A stretch of 64,000 nucleotides of DNA from Octopus bimaculoides (lineage: Eukaryota): assembly GCF_001194135.2 (NCBI RefSeq), contig NC_068981.1, forward strand, positions 133,643,661 to 133,707,660, in the 5' to 3' direction. Shown piece after piece: positions 35,960 to 49,294 of the stretch. The notes under the pieces are model-generated. The model ran no database searches, had not been told where the DNA came from, and worked only from the letters and a program-made list of their open reading frames with translations. Each line of letters begins with the position of its first letter. The stretch's first letter is position 1. Both the position numbers and the translations under genes were made by a program.

Positions 35960-36700
35960 ACATACATGACTATTAGACAAATTTATCTTTGACAGCAAAA
36001 AGATATCGCTTTGAGGATAGTCTATACCAAAGAAAGAAGTATTATACATCCACCTTCTAAGAAGAAATAAATGTAATCTTTTTTCATGATGATATTTTAT
36101 GGTCGATATTTACCAAATTATTCTGAAATGATCGAACCATTTACGAATTTACATACGAAATGGTTTGTGGTTGGACAAATAATAAGCGAAAGGCCTTTAA
36201 TAATTTTTCACAGTTCTCCTGCAGAGAAACCTGTTGGAAGGATATATGATGCCAACAAATATGTCACATTGACAACCGATGCTGGTCAACAGTCCATATC
36301 AGGAATTTCATCAAAAGATAATCATCGAGGGATACTTATCAAGGAGGTTAAACTCTGCTAAATCAAATTATTCAAATATTGATAGGGGTGCTTTAGCAAT
36401 TCGGTTGACCACAAGCCATGCACGTCAGTTTTTACGTAATACAAAATCACTGAATAAATCGAATCATACGCCTCTTGAATTCATCTTTAATCTATGCACG
36501 GAATCTCAGGGGTTACTTCTTCGAGAATATTAAAATCCGCCATACTAGCAACATTGTTTGATTTTGATATCACATATCAAAGAACAATCTATTCTTCGTG
36601 TTGACGGGCTCTCAATGTTATGTAACTTCAGGATGCTAATGCGGAAAAAGTTGATGTTACCTTCATAAACTCGATAGAAACTGGTGCGAGACTAGCTTCA
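35960..36700 (+). pseudogene. Decayed Gypsy pol (RT C-terminus and RNase H)
   Basis: Frameshifted peptides FYGRYLPNYSEMIEPF, YDANKYVTLTTDA, LSRRLNSAKSNYSNIDRGALAI, ARQFL..SNHTPLEFIFN and FDFDITY match Ty3/Gypsy RT-RNase H motifs. Confidence 0.8.
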
Positions 36701-37344
36701 GAAAAATTGTGTGATCTGGCAAAATCATATGTCTGAATAAATAAATTTAAAAGAAATTACAATTGCAAAACAATGTCTCCTGAAAACATTTTTAATGATA
36801 ATGATAATGAGCTTATTGTATACAGTGCTCTTAATTGAGAAAAGATAAAAGAGGTGACAGAAAACCGAAATAAATCAAGTAAAGTAAGCTAGCGATTATA
36901 GCCCCAACTGCGTGCATAGTATAGAGGATAAACACAAGAAAACAAGAAAATACTCCTTACGTTTATAGAAAAATATCTTGTGAACATGAAGTTCCCAGAA
37001 ATGTGAAGAATACAGGAGTCATAAAGAGGAAAAGGTGCATAGACATCTCAAGAGTAGTTTTAGCGTATTTCAGGAAGTATGGAAGTTTTGAAGGCTATAG
37101 TGTTCTGATCGCTAATAACAGACGCGGATACTTTATTCCATATTTCGACAATTCCGAGCTAGAGAAGATGCTTCTGAGAATCACGGATGCCGCGATGTTT
37201 GTGTGTTGTGTTTTCTTTGGTGGGTGTTTGCATTGAACCCACTTTTAATTATTTAAGCTATTCGTTCTGCGATTCGCCTTGACTATGGTTAATATGAGGG
37301 CATTTTGTTAAAGAACGCTTTCAAATTTCTGTAACTGCCATGAG

Positions 37345-37577
37345 AAAGGCAACGGGCTGGTAGAACCGTTAGCACGCCGACCAAATTGTTTGGCAGCATT
37401 TCGTTTTTACGTTCGTTTGTCTTTACGTTCTGAGCACAAATTCCGCCGAGGTCGACTTGCCTTTTATCCAATCAGAATCGATAAAATAAGCACTAGTTAA
37501 GTACTGGGGTCGATTTCATCGACTTCTCTCTCCCCTCAAAAACTGCTGGCCCTCTGTCAAAAATCTGAAACCATCAT
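37345..37577 (+). mobile_element. SINE family A
   Basis: GGGCTGGTAGAACCGTTAGCACGCCG...AAATTCCGCCGAGGTCGAC. Confidence 0.8.
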
Positions 37578-38879
37578 ACAAATTTTCANNNNNNNNNNGG
37601 AAAAGAATAAGAAACCGCACGCAACAGCAGTAGGGTTTTTTGTTATTCTAGTGTAAAAAGAAATAGAGGGACAGAGATGGAGGTGTAAATTAAGAGTAAA
37701 AATCAAACATACAAACCGAAAACAATGAAAGAAATGTATGTGTGTGTGTGTTTGAACTTTTTTTACGAGTGAGTGTGTGCACATATGCTAGTGTATACGA
37801 GGAGCCAGAGAGACAGCGTGTGTACGTTCTATGTGGCGGTGAGAGTGAGAGGGTGTGTGTGTGTGCGTGTGAATGTGTGTGTGTGTGCATGTGCGTATGT
37901 GCGTGTGTGCGTGTGTGTGTATGTCTATGTGTTTGCATGTATCCGTGTTTGTGCGTCTGCATGCATATTCTAAAATTTTTTTGTAACTGTCCGTGATAAA
38001 AGAAAGTGAGTGTTGATATACCAGTGAAAGAAGGGGGAAGAGGAAGAGGAAGAGAAAGAGAGAGGGAGAGAGATAGAGAGATGAAAAGGATAATTCACGG
38101 AGAAAGTTAAAATATGACAAAAGGAATTTTGTTTTAAAAAACAAAAAAATAGGCAAGAAAACGAGAGGCAATTATGTAAAAATTATAACTACTTTAAATA
38201 TTCGAAAATTGCCATTGAGAAAAGTAATAATGAGTAATCTTATTCATTATGCTACAGCACAATTATATGCGTGTGTGTGTGTGTGTCTGTGTGTGTGTGT
38301 GTGTGTGTGTGCGTGCATGTANNNNNNNNNNATATATACATACATATACTGTATATTGCCTCAAAAATTTGAATATTATACAAAAAATTTTTGATGTCAA
38401 TTAAGTTAGGTGGTAAAACTTTCGCTCCTATTAAAGTCACTAAATCTAAATTGATGCGTTCCTAAAATTTATTTGATGTAACCTAACATTTATGATTTCC
38501 ATACAGAGATCGTTAGAAATTTCATACTTCATTATATATTAAAATGTTATATCTGGATATCCAAATCGTATTCCTTTACAGCGAGTTAGTCAAGAATTGA
38601 AAGACGGGTACTGAATGTCAATTTATACTTGGTTTGAGTTCATTTGGTTTCAATAACTACGGTGACATGTCATGGTATTAAGGAAGCTAACTTGTGAGAC
38701 AGCTCGAGTGTGATCAAAGATCAAGTGATCCCGATAACAGCCTTCAGTTCCTCTTGATTCCTGGAGTACTTATTTTCTTGGATTCTGATATTTATAAAGC
38801 TGGTTGCCAGGTTTCCAGTACACGTGAGCGACCGAGATCACAATATTCCTCCTGCACGGAACACGATCCATGGCAGGGT

Positions 38880-39020
38880 TCAAGACCAGTACTCGACTAA
38901 TATTTCATTTTATCAACTCCGAAAGCATGAATGGTAAAGTTGACTTGAACTCAGAATATTAAGAAATACCGCTAAGCATTTTTGTCAGACATGCTAACGA
39001 TTTTGCCCGCTAACCACTTT
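38880..39020 (-). mobile_element. SINE family A, diverged and deleted
   Basis: GAACTCAGAA...AAATACCGCTAAGCATTTT...GCTAACG motifs. Confidence 0.65.
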
Positions 39021-39035
39021 CTTAGGACATATGCT

Positions 39036-39524
39036 GGGCATTTATATAATTACATGGAAAAATGCGAGCATGAAAAGTAATATTCTTAAGATTATAAACT
39101 TGGAAAACTAAAGGACAAGTTATTACACCTGTAAAAGTATAGGACAAGCCATTACTTCTAGTAAAGTAAAGAATAAGAAACTTTTTACTTAAAATATTGC
39201 AGTAAAGAATGTTAATTCTTCTAATTTATCACTCTTTACAGTTCTCATCTTTTAAATTTATTGTACAAAACTGTTCAGCTAATTTGTAAGTTTGTCTAAT
39301 TAGTCACTTTTTTCTGTATTTAAGGTAGTAAATTAACCAAATTCTACTTAAATAAGTATAGTCTCATTTGTAAACTATAATAAAATAATTTTTAATATTC
39401 AAATTTTAATTTTAGCTGCAATATTCTAAGTAAAAAATTTCTTATTCTTTACTTTACTTGAAGTAATAGTTGTCCTATACTTTTACAGGTGTAATAACTT
39501 GTCCATGTAATTATATAAATGCCC
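39036..39524. mobile_element. MITE/foldback with ~115-bp TIRs
   Basis: GGGCATTTATATAATTACATGG and GGACAAGTTATTACACCTGTAAAAGTATAGGACAA...GTAAAGTAAAGAATAAGAAA are inverted at 39415-39524. The left arm carries a ~55-bp insertion. No clear TSD. Confidence 0.75.
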
Positions 39525-40004
39525 CGCATTTTTCTCTGTAATCCATGATTTTTCCAGGCATTGCTGTTATAAGATAATTAATAATGTGTCAATTAACAAT
39601 TTAGGATTTTGCTTTATAAAATACTGGGTAGGGAGATACATTGGCTGCTATTTTTAGTGTGTCAAGCGACCAGGTAGAGGCTCTTTCATTGGTTTGATTG
39701 CGTGATGAGATTTTTTTACACATATATGTATAATATGCATATATATCATCGGCAGAATTTAGAGAGTAAGTCAAAAGCTGAGAGTTTTGTGTATTGGCAC
39801 TTATCAAATACGAATTTGTCCATTGTCACTCTGTAACTTGTGACACAATAACTTCTAAAATACAAAATTTTGTCAAAAACTTTACGAGTAAACCCTGTTG
39901 TATGTGACACATTCTACCAGTATCGGAAGTTTCAAAGTGTTTAGTTTTAAAAAATTAATTGAATAATCTGTACGTCAAATTGAATAAATACGAATTGGAT
40001 AAAA

Positions 40005-40106
40005 AGCAAAGTTGACCTCGGTGGAATTTGAACTCAAAATGTAAACACAGGTGAAATACCGCTAAACATTTCGCCCGGGGTGCTGCTTCTGCCATCTCGC
40101 CGTCTT
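40005..40106 (-). mobile_element. SINE family A, 5' half
   Basis: GACCTCGGTGGAATTTGAACTC...CATTTCGCCCGG...CTCGCCGTCTT. Confidence 0.75.
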
Positions 40107-40322
40107 ATGACATAGACATTCATTTTAGCAATATATTCTTTATTCTTATTGCTAAGCGTTACTTCCTTACTCTCTTACTAACACGAAATTTTGTGGCATT
40201 TCACCCCATAACTTTTCGTCTACTAATTCTTGTTCAATGCGACAGACGACTTTGAATTCCTCATATATTTTTCTATCATTTAAGCCTAAGAAAAGTATAC
40301 TTTTACTTTAAAATTAAAAAGT

Positions 40323-41105
40323 TTATGTTGATTGAAGATGAATATGTGCCTTACTGCACCCCTTGAAGTCGCAGATATTTTGATGTAACTTTTTTTCTCC
40401 TGAACCAAATCTCAAACTATTTATGCCAAAGTGTAGCTGAGGAGGTGTCTTTTTAAACCTGTTAACAGTTTGCTTGGAAGCTGCTGCGATTGATGAAATG
40501 GTGGACTTAAGAATATATTCAATCACTACCGTGGTTGAATGATTATATTTTATACATTCTCTATGGAACCAGATCAGGTGAATTACCTGGTCAATAAAGT
40601 ACTTGATGTGATGATCAACAAATCATGAAGATTTTGTTTTGGCACTCTGTGCGGGTACAAAATACTGGAGAAACAGAAATTTGCATCATCAAATAGCCTA
40701 TTGGCTGCCAGAGCTGTGAATTGATCCAGGATCTTTCGGCTGTAAACCTGAGGAAACGGAATTGTCCAGTACTTGCATATAACTTCGGGAATTTGATATT
40801 GGACTTCACATAGCTGGGATTTTATAGCGTCCCAGTTTTTCTTCAAAGTTTTAAAATAATATGGCACTCTATCAAAATTATCACAATCTCAGTAAATCAA
40901 AATAAAGATCCAGACCTTTTGTTTCGGAAATAAAAGGAAGAAGCATATATGGACTTGATTGGAGTACCTTTCTATACTGTGTGTATATATTGCATGAATC
41001 ATTGAAGTAGAAACGCTATGGAAAGTTGAATGTTTTGAAGCTACTACTTTTCTCCATTCCTTTTGTGCTTGGAAATTTCTCCATTAACCAAAATGCTAAA
41101 TCAGA
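40323..41105 (-). pseudogene. Possible decayed protein-coding relic of unknown origin
   Basis: Consecutive open stretches of about 31, 44, 103 and 87 codons are joined by one stop and two 1-nt frameshifts. Not repetitive; no recognised motif. Confidence 0.3.
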
Positions 41106-41380
41106 CTGGACTCATATCGAATTGTTATAAGAGGACACTCGACGTTCTATTGTATATGAATGGCTTTAATTTTCATATTGAATATGTCAAACAGCAGAAA
41201 ACCACTGACACATGCAGTTGAGGATTTGACATGAAATTCAGTGTAGAAAATGTCCCAAGGCAGCGTTGAAAAGAGGAAAATTTATAATACTTCAGAGCCA
41301 TGTCACATAAAGAAACGGAGAAAAAAACAGGATAAAACTTAGCGTACATTTTCAAAATACTTAGAAATATATGAATTACA

Positions 41381-41453
<73 letters not shown>

Positions 41454-41498
41454 TACACACACTTACATACACACATTCATGTATACTTACCTAGAATT

Positions 41499-41780
41499 CT
41501 GTCGGTTACGACGACAACGGCTCCAGTTGATCCAATTCAACGGAACAGCCTGCTCGTGAAATTAACGTGCAAGCGGCTAAACACTCTAAAGAGACGCATA
41601 CCCTTAACGTAGTTCTCGGTGAGATTCAGCGTGACACAGAACGTGACAAAGCTGGCCCTTTGAATTACAGGACTGGAACAACGTGAAATGAAGTGTCTTC
41701 TTCAAGGAGACAGTGCGTCGCCGAGAATCGAACTCACAATCTTACCACTGTGGGCTAAATACCCTAACTACTTAGCCACA
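41499..41780 (-). mobile_element. SINE family C, tail type 3
   Basis: Collinear with 27305-27628. Confidence 0.8.
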
Positions 41781-42149
41781 CACACAAATGACAGAAAATG
41801 TGAGGAACGAACTTATAGACGAATTTATATTAATACTTAAAACAGAACCAAATGCTAAAAATAAGAGGCATCAATCAATATTGTACGTTTTTCCCTTAAT
41901 AATTATAGTTATGATATTTTCTACTGGAAGATAAGTGGATTAGTAAAACAAGTAAACAAGAAAAAACACTCGGTGACTTCATACTGAATACACCATAAAA
42001 AATCCGACATGGAAAAATTATACGTACCACATATACCCCAAGGTAGGGGTCTATTTTAATTAGGAAATTATTAGTTAGAAATACAAGAGCTAGACTGTGT
42101 AACATCCACACAGTCATGCACAAAGACTAACACACACAAACAACCCATA

Positions 42150-42560
42150 CATTCACAAGAAAGAAGTCAAGAAAAAACATTATAGACGAGTTACATAAAT
42201 ACATGAAACCGAGCTAAATGCCAAAAATAATAGATATTAAATTCTCAACTGGAAGCTAAGTGAATTAACAAAACTTGACAAGAAAACAAGAAAATGATGA
42301 CTGCATTTCGAATATACTTTACATAATCCAGCACGGAAAGATTACATGTAACACAATTTTCTGGAGGCAGGAGTCTTTTTTTAACTAGAAAATTATTACA
42401 TAATATCTACACTCAGACTACAAAAATAGCATGTAAAAAATATATGAGGAAACGAATGCAAGAAAAAAGAAGAACAAAATAGAGTTGTTTTCCGTCTTCA
42501 AATCAGCCAAAAATATAAAACGAAAGCAGCGGTCACAGTTCTGAGTAGGATAGAAGAAAC
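42150..42560 (+). mobile_element. R4/Dong-like RT thumb-region fragment
   Basis: LNWKLSELTKLDKKTRK.MT...ERLHV...GGR resembles the consensus INW..ELQ.LDRKTRK.MT...RLY..R..GGRGL. Confidence 0.6.
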
Positions 42561-42969
42561 AACAGCAGAAGTTACTTGAAAATATTTAAATTTCACTGAA
42601 AATCGGATTTTTAAATGTTATAGTGAGACACCAGAAAATACTTGGCAAGTATGAGCAAAGTCGAAGTGGATAAAAGGAAAATATTCAGGGTTGATTAAGA
42701 GAGACGCAGGAGATTTGATTGTAATTCAAACTAAATTTTCACATTAGAAATTACCAAAACCATAAGATGAAGCAGATCAAAGATTAATCACTGAATATGT
42801 GACAGTTAGGTAGTAAGAGATCGAATAAAGAGAGCGTGTATATGTACAGACAGACAGATGAACGGGCATACATACATACATACATACATACATACATACA
42901 TACATACATACATACATACATACATACATGAAGGAGTACTCCGTCGNNNNNNNNNNATACATACATGAA

Positions 42970-43178
42970 GGAGTACTCCGTCGGTTACGACGACGAGGGT
43001 CCCAGCTGATACGATCAACGGAACAGCCTGCTCATGAAATTCACATGCAAGTGACTGAGCAATCCACAGACACGTGTAACCCTAACGCAGTTCTCAGGGA
43101 GACTCAGCATGACACATAGCATGACAAGGCCGGCCCTTTGAAATACAGGTACTACTCATTTTTGCCAGCTGAGTGGAC
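42970..43178 (-). mobile_element. SINE family C, tail type 3, 5'-truncated
   Basis: CGTCGGTTACGACGACGAGGG...CTCATTTTTGCCAGCTGAGTGGACTG. Confidence 0.8.
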
Positions 43179-43247
43179 TGAGTGGACATACATACATACA
43201 CACATGTATACATACATACAGACAGACAGACAGACACACACACACAC

Positions 43248-43307
<60 letters not shown>

Positions 43308-43419
43308 TCATACTTACATTACAAACAGACAGACTAACTGACAGGCGTGCACGCACACACACATACAGGATATCATGTACAAATTATATATTGGGTGTCT
43401 CAATATGTTCTTGTAGGAT

Positions 43420-44175
43420 CATTGTGTTACCAACATTATAACACCTGAGCAAGTGAGAGGAAAGTGGAAATCTGGGGCTGCATACATTAGCTATTAAGTA
43501 ACAAAATGATCCAAGAGAAAAACAATACAAAATCGTAGGAAATTAAACATAGAGTGGCTGGGCTACCAGAAGGCTTTTGATAGCACATCACATGGTGTAT
43601 TGTAGGCTGTGCAAGACCAAGACTGAAGACATGAACCGTATCATTACCAACTGCAAGAGAATGTCTTCCAGATATTATCTTCCCATGTGGCATGATACGG
43701 TGGTAAAAACAGTCTAGAACAAGAAAACAAAACAGGAAACACCTACAAACTAAATTAACTATATTGGGACCGATAGGTCAAGAGAATATATGAGGAAACT
43801 TAAAAATGAAAGCAGCCACCAAGTTAAAGCGGAGAGTTAAGTCAAAAGATGCCCAAATTAGAAAATAGGAGGGAAGAAACAACTAATATAAGCAAACTTG
43901 CCTATTTCAATCAAATCAGAAACGCCCGTTTGATATTCTTGATGGAAAAGATGGAAATAATAACAAAAGTCCGAATACTGAAAACAAAGCAAGCTATTGG
44001 AGGAGACATTTTCGAGAAATTGCAAACAGTGGTCAAGGCACAGTAGATAAAGCAAGTAAAAAGTTAGATTGAAAATGTTAAGATGCAAAGTATCGAGGCA
44101 TTTCTCTCCTATCATTAAAGGTGGGAAATTTGAAAGCAGCAGGACCAGACAAGGTCTGTGGTTACTGGCTGAAGC
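43420..44175 (+). mobile_element. R4/Dong-like RT fragments (domains 2-3, then N-terminal/domain 0)
   Basis: LL.NKMI...WLGYQKAFDSTSH at 43490-43595; (W)KAAGPDKVCGYWLK at ~44130-44175. Confidence 0.6.
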
Positions 44176-45011
44176 AGTTGTAATTCGAATGTATCACTAT
44201 AGCCCCCATGAAGCTATAGTGATATAACCGAATGAATGCACAAGTTTTTCGATCAGAGTTCTGTGATAGAGGACGTCATGTTTCGTATATCAATATGTCT
44301 ACTATAATAACGTGTATACTGTAACTACATCCTGTGAAGTTCTTTGTCTGCAACACCGTCTGTGAGTTACTGTTCAGTATCAAGTAAGACATGATTAGAA
44401 TTTCAAAACGTAACCCGTTCGTACATTTACACACACACAAAGAAGGAAGGAGTGAGAGAAAAGTGAGATAAAGAGAGAGCGAAAGAGGGGGAGAGAGAGA
44501 TTCACAGGTGCACATACACACTGATACATACATACACTTACAGACAAAGAAATATATACACAGATGTGCACGTTTATTTCACACAGATAAAAACACACAC
44601 TACCAATCACATACACATTCATATAAAAACTCCTATAAACACAAACACACAGATGTGCACATATTCACACACAACTATACACCACACACAGATGCAGACA
44701 TACACTCTACCAACATAGGAGCCTGAACATTGCCGCTCGACTTAGATCGAAATGAATAAATTTCCCTCAACTCATGCTTCCGCCATTTTAGAAAGGGACA
44801 CATTGGATTTTGTCATCCGGGGTTGCTCATACATCAAAAAAGACAGGATAGATACGACTGGAACATACATACATACATACATACATGCATGCGTACATAC
44901 ATACATACATACATACATACATACATACATACATACATACAAACTTACATACGTATGTACCTACCTACCTACGTATGTATGTATGTTTGTAAGTATGTAT
45001 ATATATTTGTA

Positions 45012-45060
<49 letters not shown>

Positions 45061-45408
45061 CTGCACATACATACATTTATACATACATTCGTACATAAAT
45101 ACATACATACACATATGTATACTAGTTTCCTGCCCCTGCTGTCTGACAGGATCCTTCATCTCGCTTGAACATCTAATGTTGTTACTGAAACCGTTTTCTT
45201 TTTCATGCTTTCTTTGCCGCCCTCTCACCTCCTGTTAGGACTCTTTTGTTATTCTTTTTCAACCAACATATTCGATTATGTGACAAATGAAATTGGCACC
45301 GTTTTCTAAAACGTGGAAGTTTTGTTCCTCTTTTTGTGCTTTTTGTTTTGTTTTTCTATATTTAATTTCTGATTTTTCATTCTTACTTTCTGTTAAATAC
45401 TTTTATTC

Positions 45409-45471
<63 letters not shown>

Positions 45472-46477
45472 TAATAATAATGTAAAATCGATAGGCAACA
45501 CATTCTTTAAGTGATTTCTCTTTGTTGTTTAGTTTTTTTATATCCTTTTTAAATGTTTCTTTCTTTTCTAAACAATTTTTATTCTTGGCGCCATTGAAGT
45601 TTATAGTCACAACCACAAAAAAACGATGAAGATCATAAACAATAATAATGATAAAAATATAACGAAGCTACATGTGGTTCTCATCGTTTTGTTTTTGTAA
45701 AACAGAACAAATATAGTTTATNNNNNNNNNNNNNNNNNNNNNNNNNNNNNNNNNNNNNNNNNNNNNNNNNNNNNNNNNNNNNNNNNNNNNNNNNNNNNNN
45801 NNNNNNNNNNNNNNNNNNNNNNNNNNNNNNNNNNNNNNNNNNNNNNNNNNNNNNNNNNNNNNNNNNNNNNNNNNNNNNNNNNNNNNNNNNNNNNNNNNNN
45901 NNNNNNNNNNNNNNNNNNNNNNNNNNNNNNNNNNNNNNNNNNNNNNNNNNNNNNNNNNNNNNNNNNNNNNNNNNNNNNNNNNNNNNNNNNNNNNNNNNNN
46001 NNNNNNNNNNNNNNNNNNNNNNNNNNNNNNNNNNNNNNNNNNNNNNNNNNNNNNNNNNNNNNNNNNNNNNNNNNNNNNNNNNNNNNNNNNNNNNNNNNNN
46101 NNNNNNNNNNNNNNNNNNNNNNNNNNNNNNNNNNNNNNNNNNNNNNNNNNNNNNNNNNNNNNNNNNNNNNNNNNNNNNNNNNNNNNNNNNNNNNNNNNNN
46201 NNNNNNNNNNNNNNNNNNNNNNNNNNNNNNNNNNNNNNNNNNNNNNNNNNNNNNNNNNNNNNNNNNNNNNNNNNNNNNNNNNNNNNNNNNNNNNNNNNNN
46301 NNNNNNNNNNNNNNNNNNNNNNNNNNNNNNNNNNNNNNNNNNNNNNNNNNNNNNNNGTGTTCGTTCCGTTGTCTGTAGTTTATTGTTCTAACGTCCTGTA
46401 CCCTGATATGCATATATATACACATGTAGATGTAAGTATGTACATATATGTGTGTATACATGTATATATATTCTTTG

Positions 46478-46525
<48 letters not shown>

Positions 46526-47443
46526 ATAAAAGAGAGTTTATATGTGTGTGTGTGCGCGCGCGCGAGAATGTTCCTTATGCATTCGAAAACTGAGTTGCCG
46601 GTTTTGAGGTATGGGGTATCAAATGATTCAGTAATCTTTCGGTTACCAAATAAACTTTATTTTCATTTACATATTTTTTACGTTATCTCAACAACCAGCT
46701 ATAGTTATTTGAAATACACTGCTCTACAACCACCAGGTTTCATTAGAAAGTGAAACTAGTTTCACACATTCAATTTGAACCAAAATTACCAAGTGTTGCA
46801 ATACGAGGGTGACGATGTGTGAATAATGAAAGTAACGTTTCTCCAAATTAGTGATATCTGTACTATAATAAAGAAAGCTGATTATCATCTATCTACCAAA
46901 TAAACTATGCTCTTGGCACAACTCTTCTTTACTACTAAAATAACCTCGGAAACGAGGTCGGGTCGCACAATTTTGAGGTCACTTTCGGGCAATATTTCGA
47001 TTTGCGTCTAATGTTTTACTTTGTCCCGTGTTTCACGCATGCGTAGAATTCTACTCATACAAACATTTATGAAAATCTACGCATAAATATTGTATTAATA
47101 TAAGCCACAACCAAAAAAAATTTCATTAAAAGACATCCATTTCTTTATATGTTATGAGGAAATACAGTCACTCATTCTCTCTTTCATACGCACACATACA
47201 TACAAAAGAAATGCATGCATATGTATTTATGTACGTGTATATGAAAAATAATGTGTGGGAGTGAGAAAGAGAAACGAAGAGAGAGANNNNNNNNNNTGTA
47301 TTTATGTACGTGTATATGAAAAATAATGTGTGGGAGTGAGAAAGAGAAACGAAGAGAGAGAGCAAGTGCCATTTACACATACATGACAACACACACCTTC
47401 ACTCACTCTCTTTTCCTCACGCACACACGCACGCACACACACA

Positions 47444-47485
<42 letters not shown>

Positions 47486-48279
47486 CATTTCATATACACG
47501 TACATACATCTTTCACTTTCTGGTCTCACTTCAATGCAAATATCGCCTCTTCACTTTCTCCTTTCTTTCAAATTCTGCTCTTTTTAAAGCATAAAGAAAT
47601 GAAAATTTTACGGAAATTAGCGAACAATCATATGATCCCNNNNNNNNNNNNNNNNNNNNNNNNNNNNNNNNNNNNNNNNNNNNNNNNNNNNNNNNNNNNN
47701 NNNNNNNNNNNNNNNNNNNNNNNNNNNNNNNNNNNNNNNNNNNNNNNNNNNNNNNNNNNNNNNNNNNNNNNNNNNNNNNNNNNNNNNNNNNNNNNNNNNN
47801 NNNNNNNNNNNNNNNNNNNNNNNNNNNNNNNNNNNNNNNNNNNNNNNNNNNNNNNNNNNNNNNNNNNNNNNNNNNNNNNNNNNNNNNNNNNNNNNNNNNN
47901 NNNNNNNNNNNNNNNNNNNNNNNNNNNNNNNNNNNNNNNNAAGAATTTTCTTCTTTTTTTTCAAAGAAACACTAAAATCTCCTTCCCAAACATCCACCCA
48001 TCACCTCAACACTTTCAAAAAGCTACAAGCTCCCAATTTTTCACTTTTAGCTTCTTGGAAAGCGGGGAAGTTTCTTCAGAAATAATATTGTCTACCTGTT
48101 GTTTCTAGCATGTTGGATTTTCTGGTGGTGCTCTGGTATATTTTACGTCTGCTATTTCAGTACAATTCTACGCATGCGTGAAATATCAAACGAAAGTGAA
48201 ACATTGAGAGATTTTAGCTTTCTGAAAGCGGATAGGCGATGGGTGAACGATGTGGGGGAAGGGGCATGAGCCCGTGGTT

Positions 48280-48328
<49 letters not shown>

Positions 48329-48574
48329 TTGGTCTATTGGTGCCTAAATTCATAACCTAACCGTATTTGTTTATTGCAGTTCTTGCTTTAAATCTAATTT
48401 ACACGTGTCTAATTTAATGATATATGTGCAAACATCGTTCTTTAACGTTTATACATGTATATCATAAGAGAAAATTCTCTATTCTTTATTTCTTTCTTTT
48501 CCTTTGTTATTCTTCTTATAGTTGTTGCTATAGATAGCTGTTGAACTATCCATGCACGATCTTCCCGGACCCAT

Positions 48575-48830
48575 CACACCGTAAAAGTCCAGTTGCTTGG
48601 TTTAGCTCCAGGTCAGCTATGATCGAATAGACGCTCTATTTATATCCATCCATTCTTTTATTCACATAGGGTGTATCTAGGTCTACATGAACCAATGTAG
48701 TCCTAGTAGACTACATTGGTTCATGTAAGACATTTTATTCCTTTTATTAATGCGATTCTATGCAGATTTGAATACTGTTTCTAGCAGGTTGAACAATCAC
48801 AAAGAGGTTCCTTCATTGGTTTGTGATGCC
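48575..48830 (-). mobile_element. Interspersed repeat family D, diverged copy
   Basis: Reverse complement shares CCTCT..GTG.TTG.TC.ACCTGCTAGAAA.AG with 52865-52930 and 61195-61260; related pieces at 32715-32950 and 50235-50300. Confidence 0.45.
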
Positions 48831-49169
48831 TCCCAGAAAAAGAAATTACCTGTCGACGATTGCAATAGTAAGGTAAGCTGCTAGAACTGACGGTACCTAC
48901 ATACCTGCTGCATTATTTTACACATAATACACTTTAATAAATAGTTGGGCTGTTATGCATATCAATTACCAACTGCAAAATATTATAAATAACTTTTCAA
49001 TTAAGCATTTAAATTATCGCAGGGCACATGCATGGCTACTTGGGTTAAGAAATTCGCTTCGAGACAACGTGGTTCCATGTTCGGTACCGTCGGTATCTTC
49101 TATCCAAGCCTCGAGTTGGCTAATAGCCTGTGAGTTGAATTTGGCGTACAGAATGATGAAACTTGTCTG

Positions 49170-49225
<56 letters not shown>

Positions 49226-49235
49226 NNNNNNNNNN

Positions 49236-49294
<59 letters not shown>

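Noticed and set aside
42920-42986. Direct repeat CATACATGAAGGAGTACTCCGTCG on both sides of a 10-N gap
   Set aside because: Unmerged contig overlap; assembly artefact.
47220-47360. ~65-bp direct repeat flanking a 10-N gap
   Set aside because: Same contig-overlap artefact.
48766-48872. 107-bp candidate exon with CAG acceptor, GTAAGC donor and an open frame
   Set aside because: Its 5' half is the reverse complement of interspersed repeat family D, so it is most likely a chance splice-like pattern. Only RNA-seq could rescue it as an exonised repeat.
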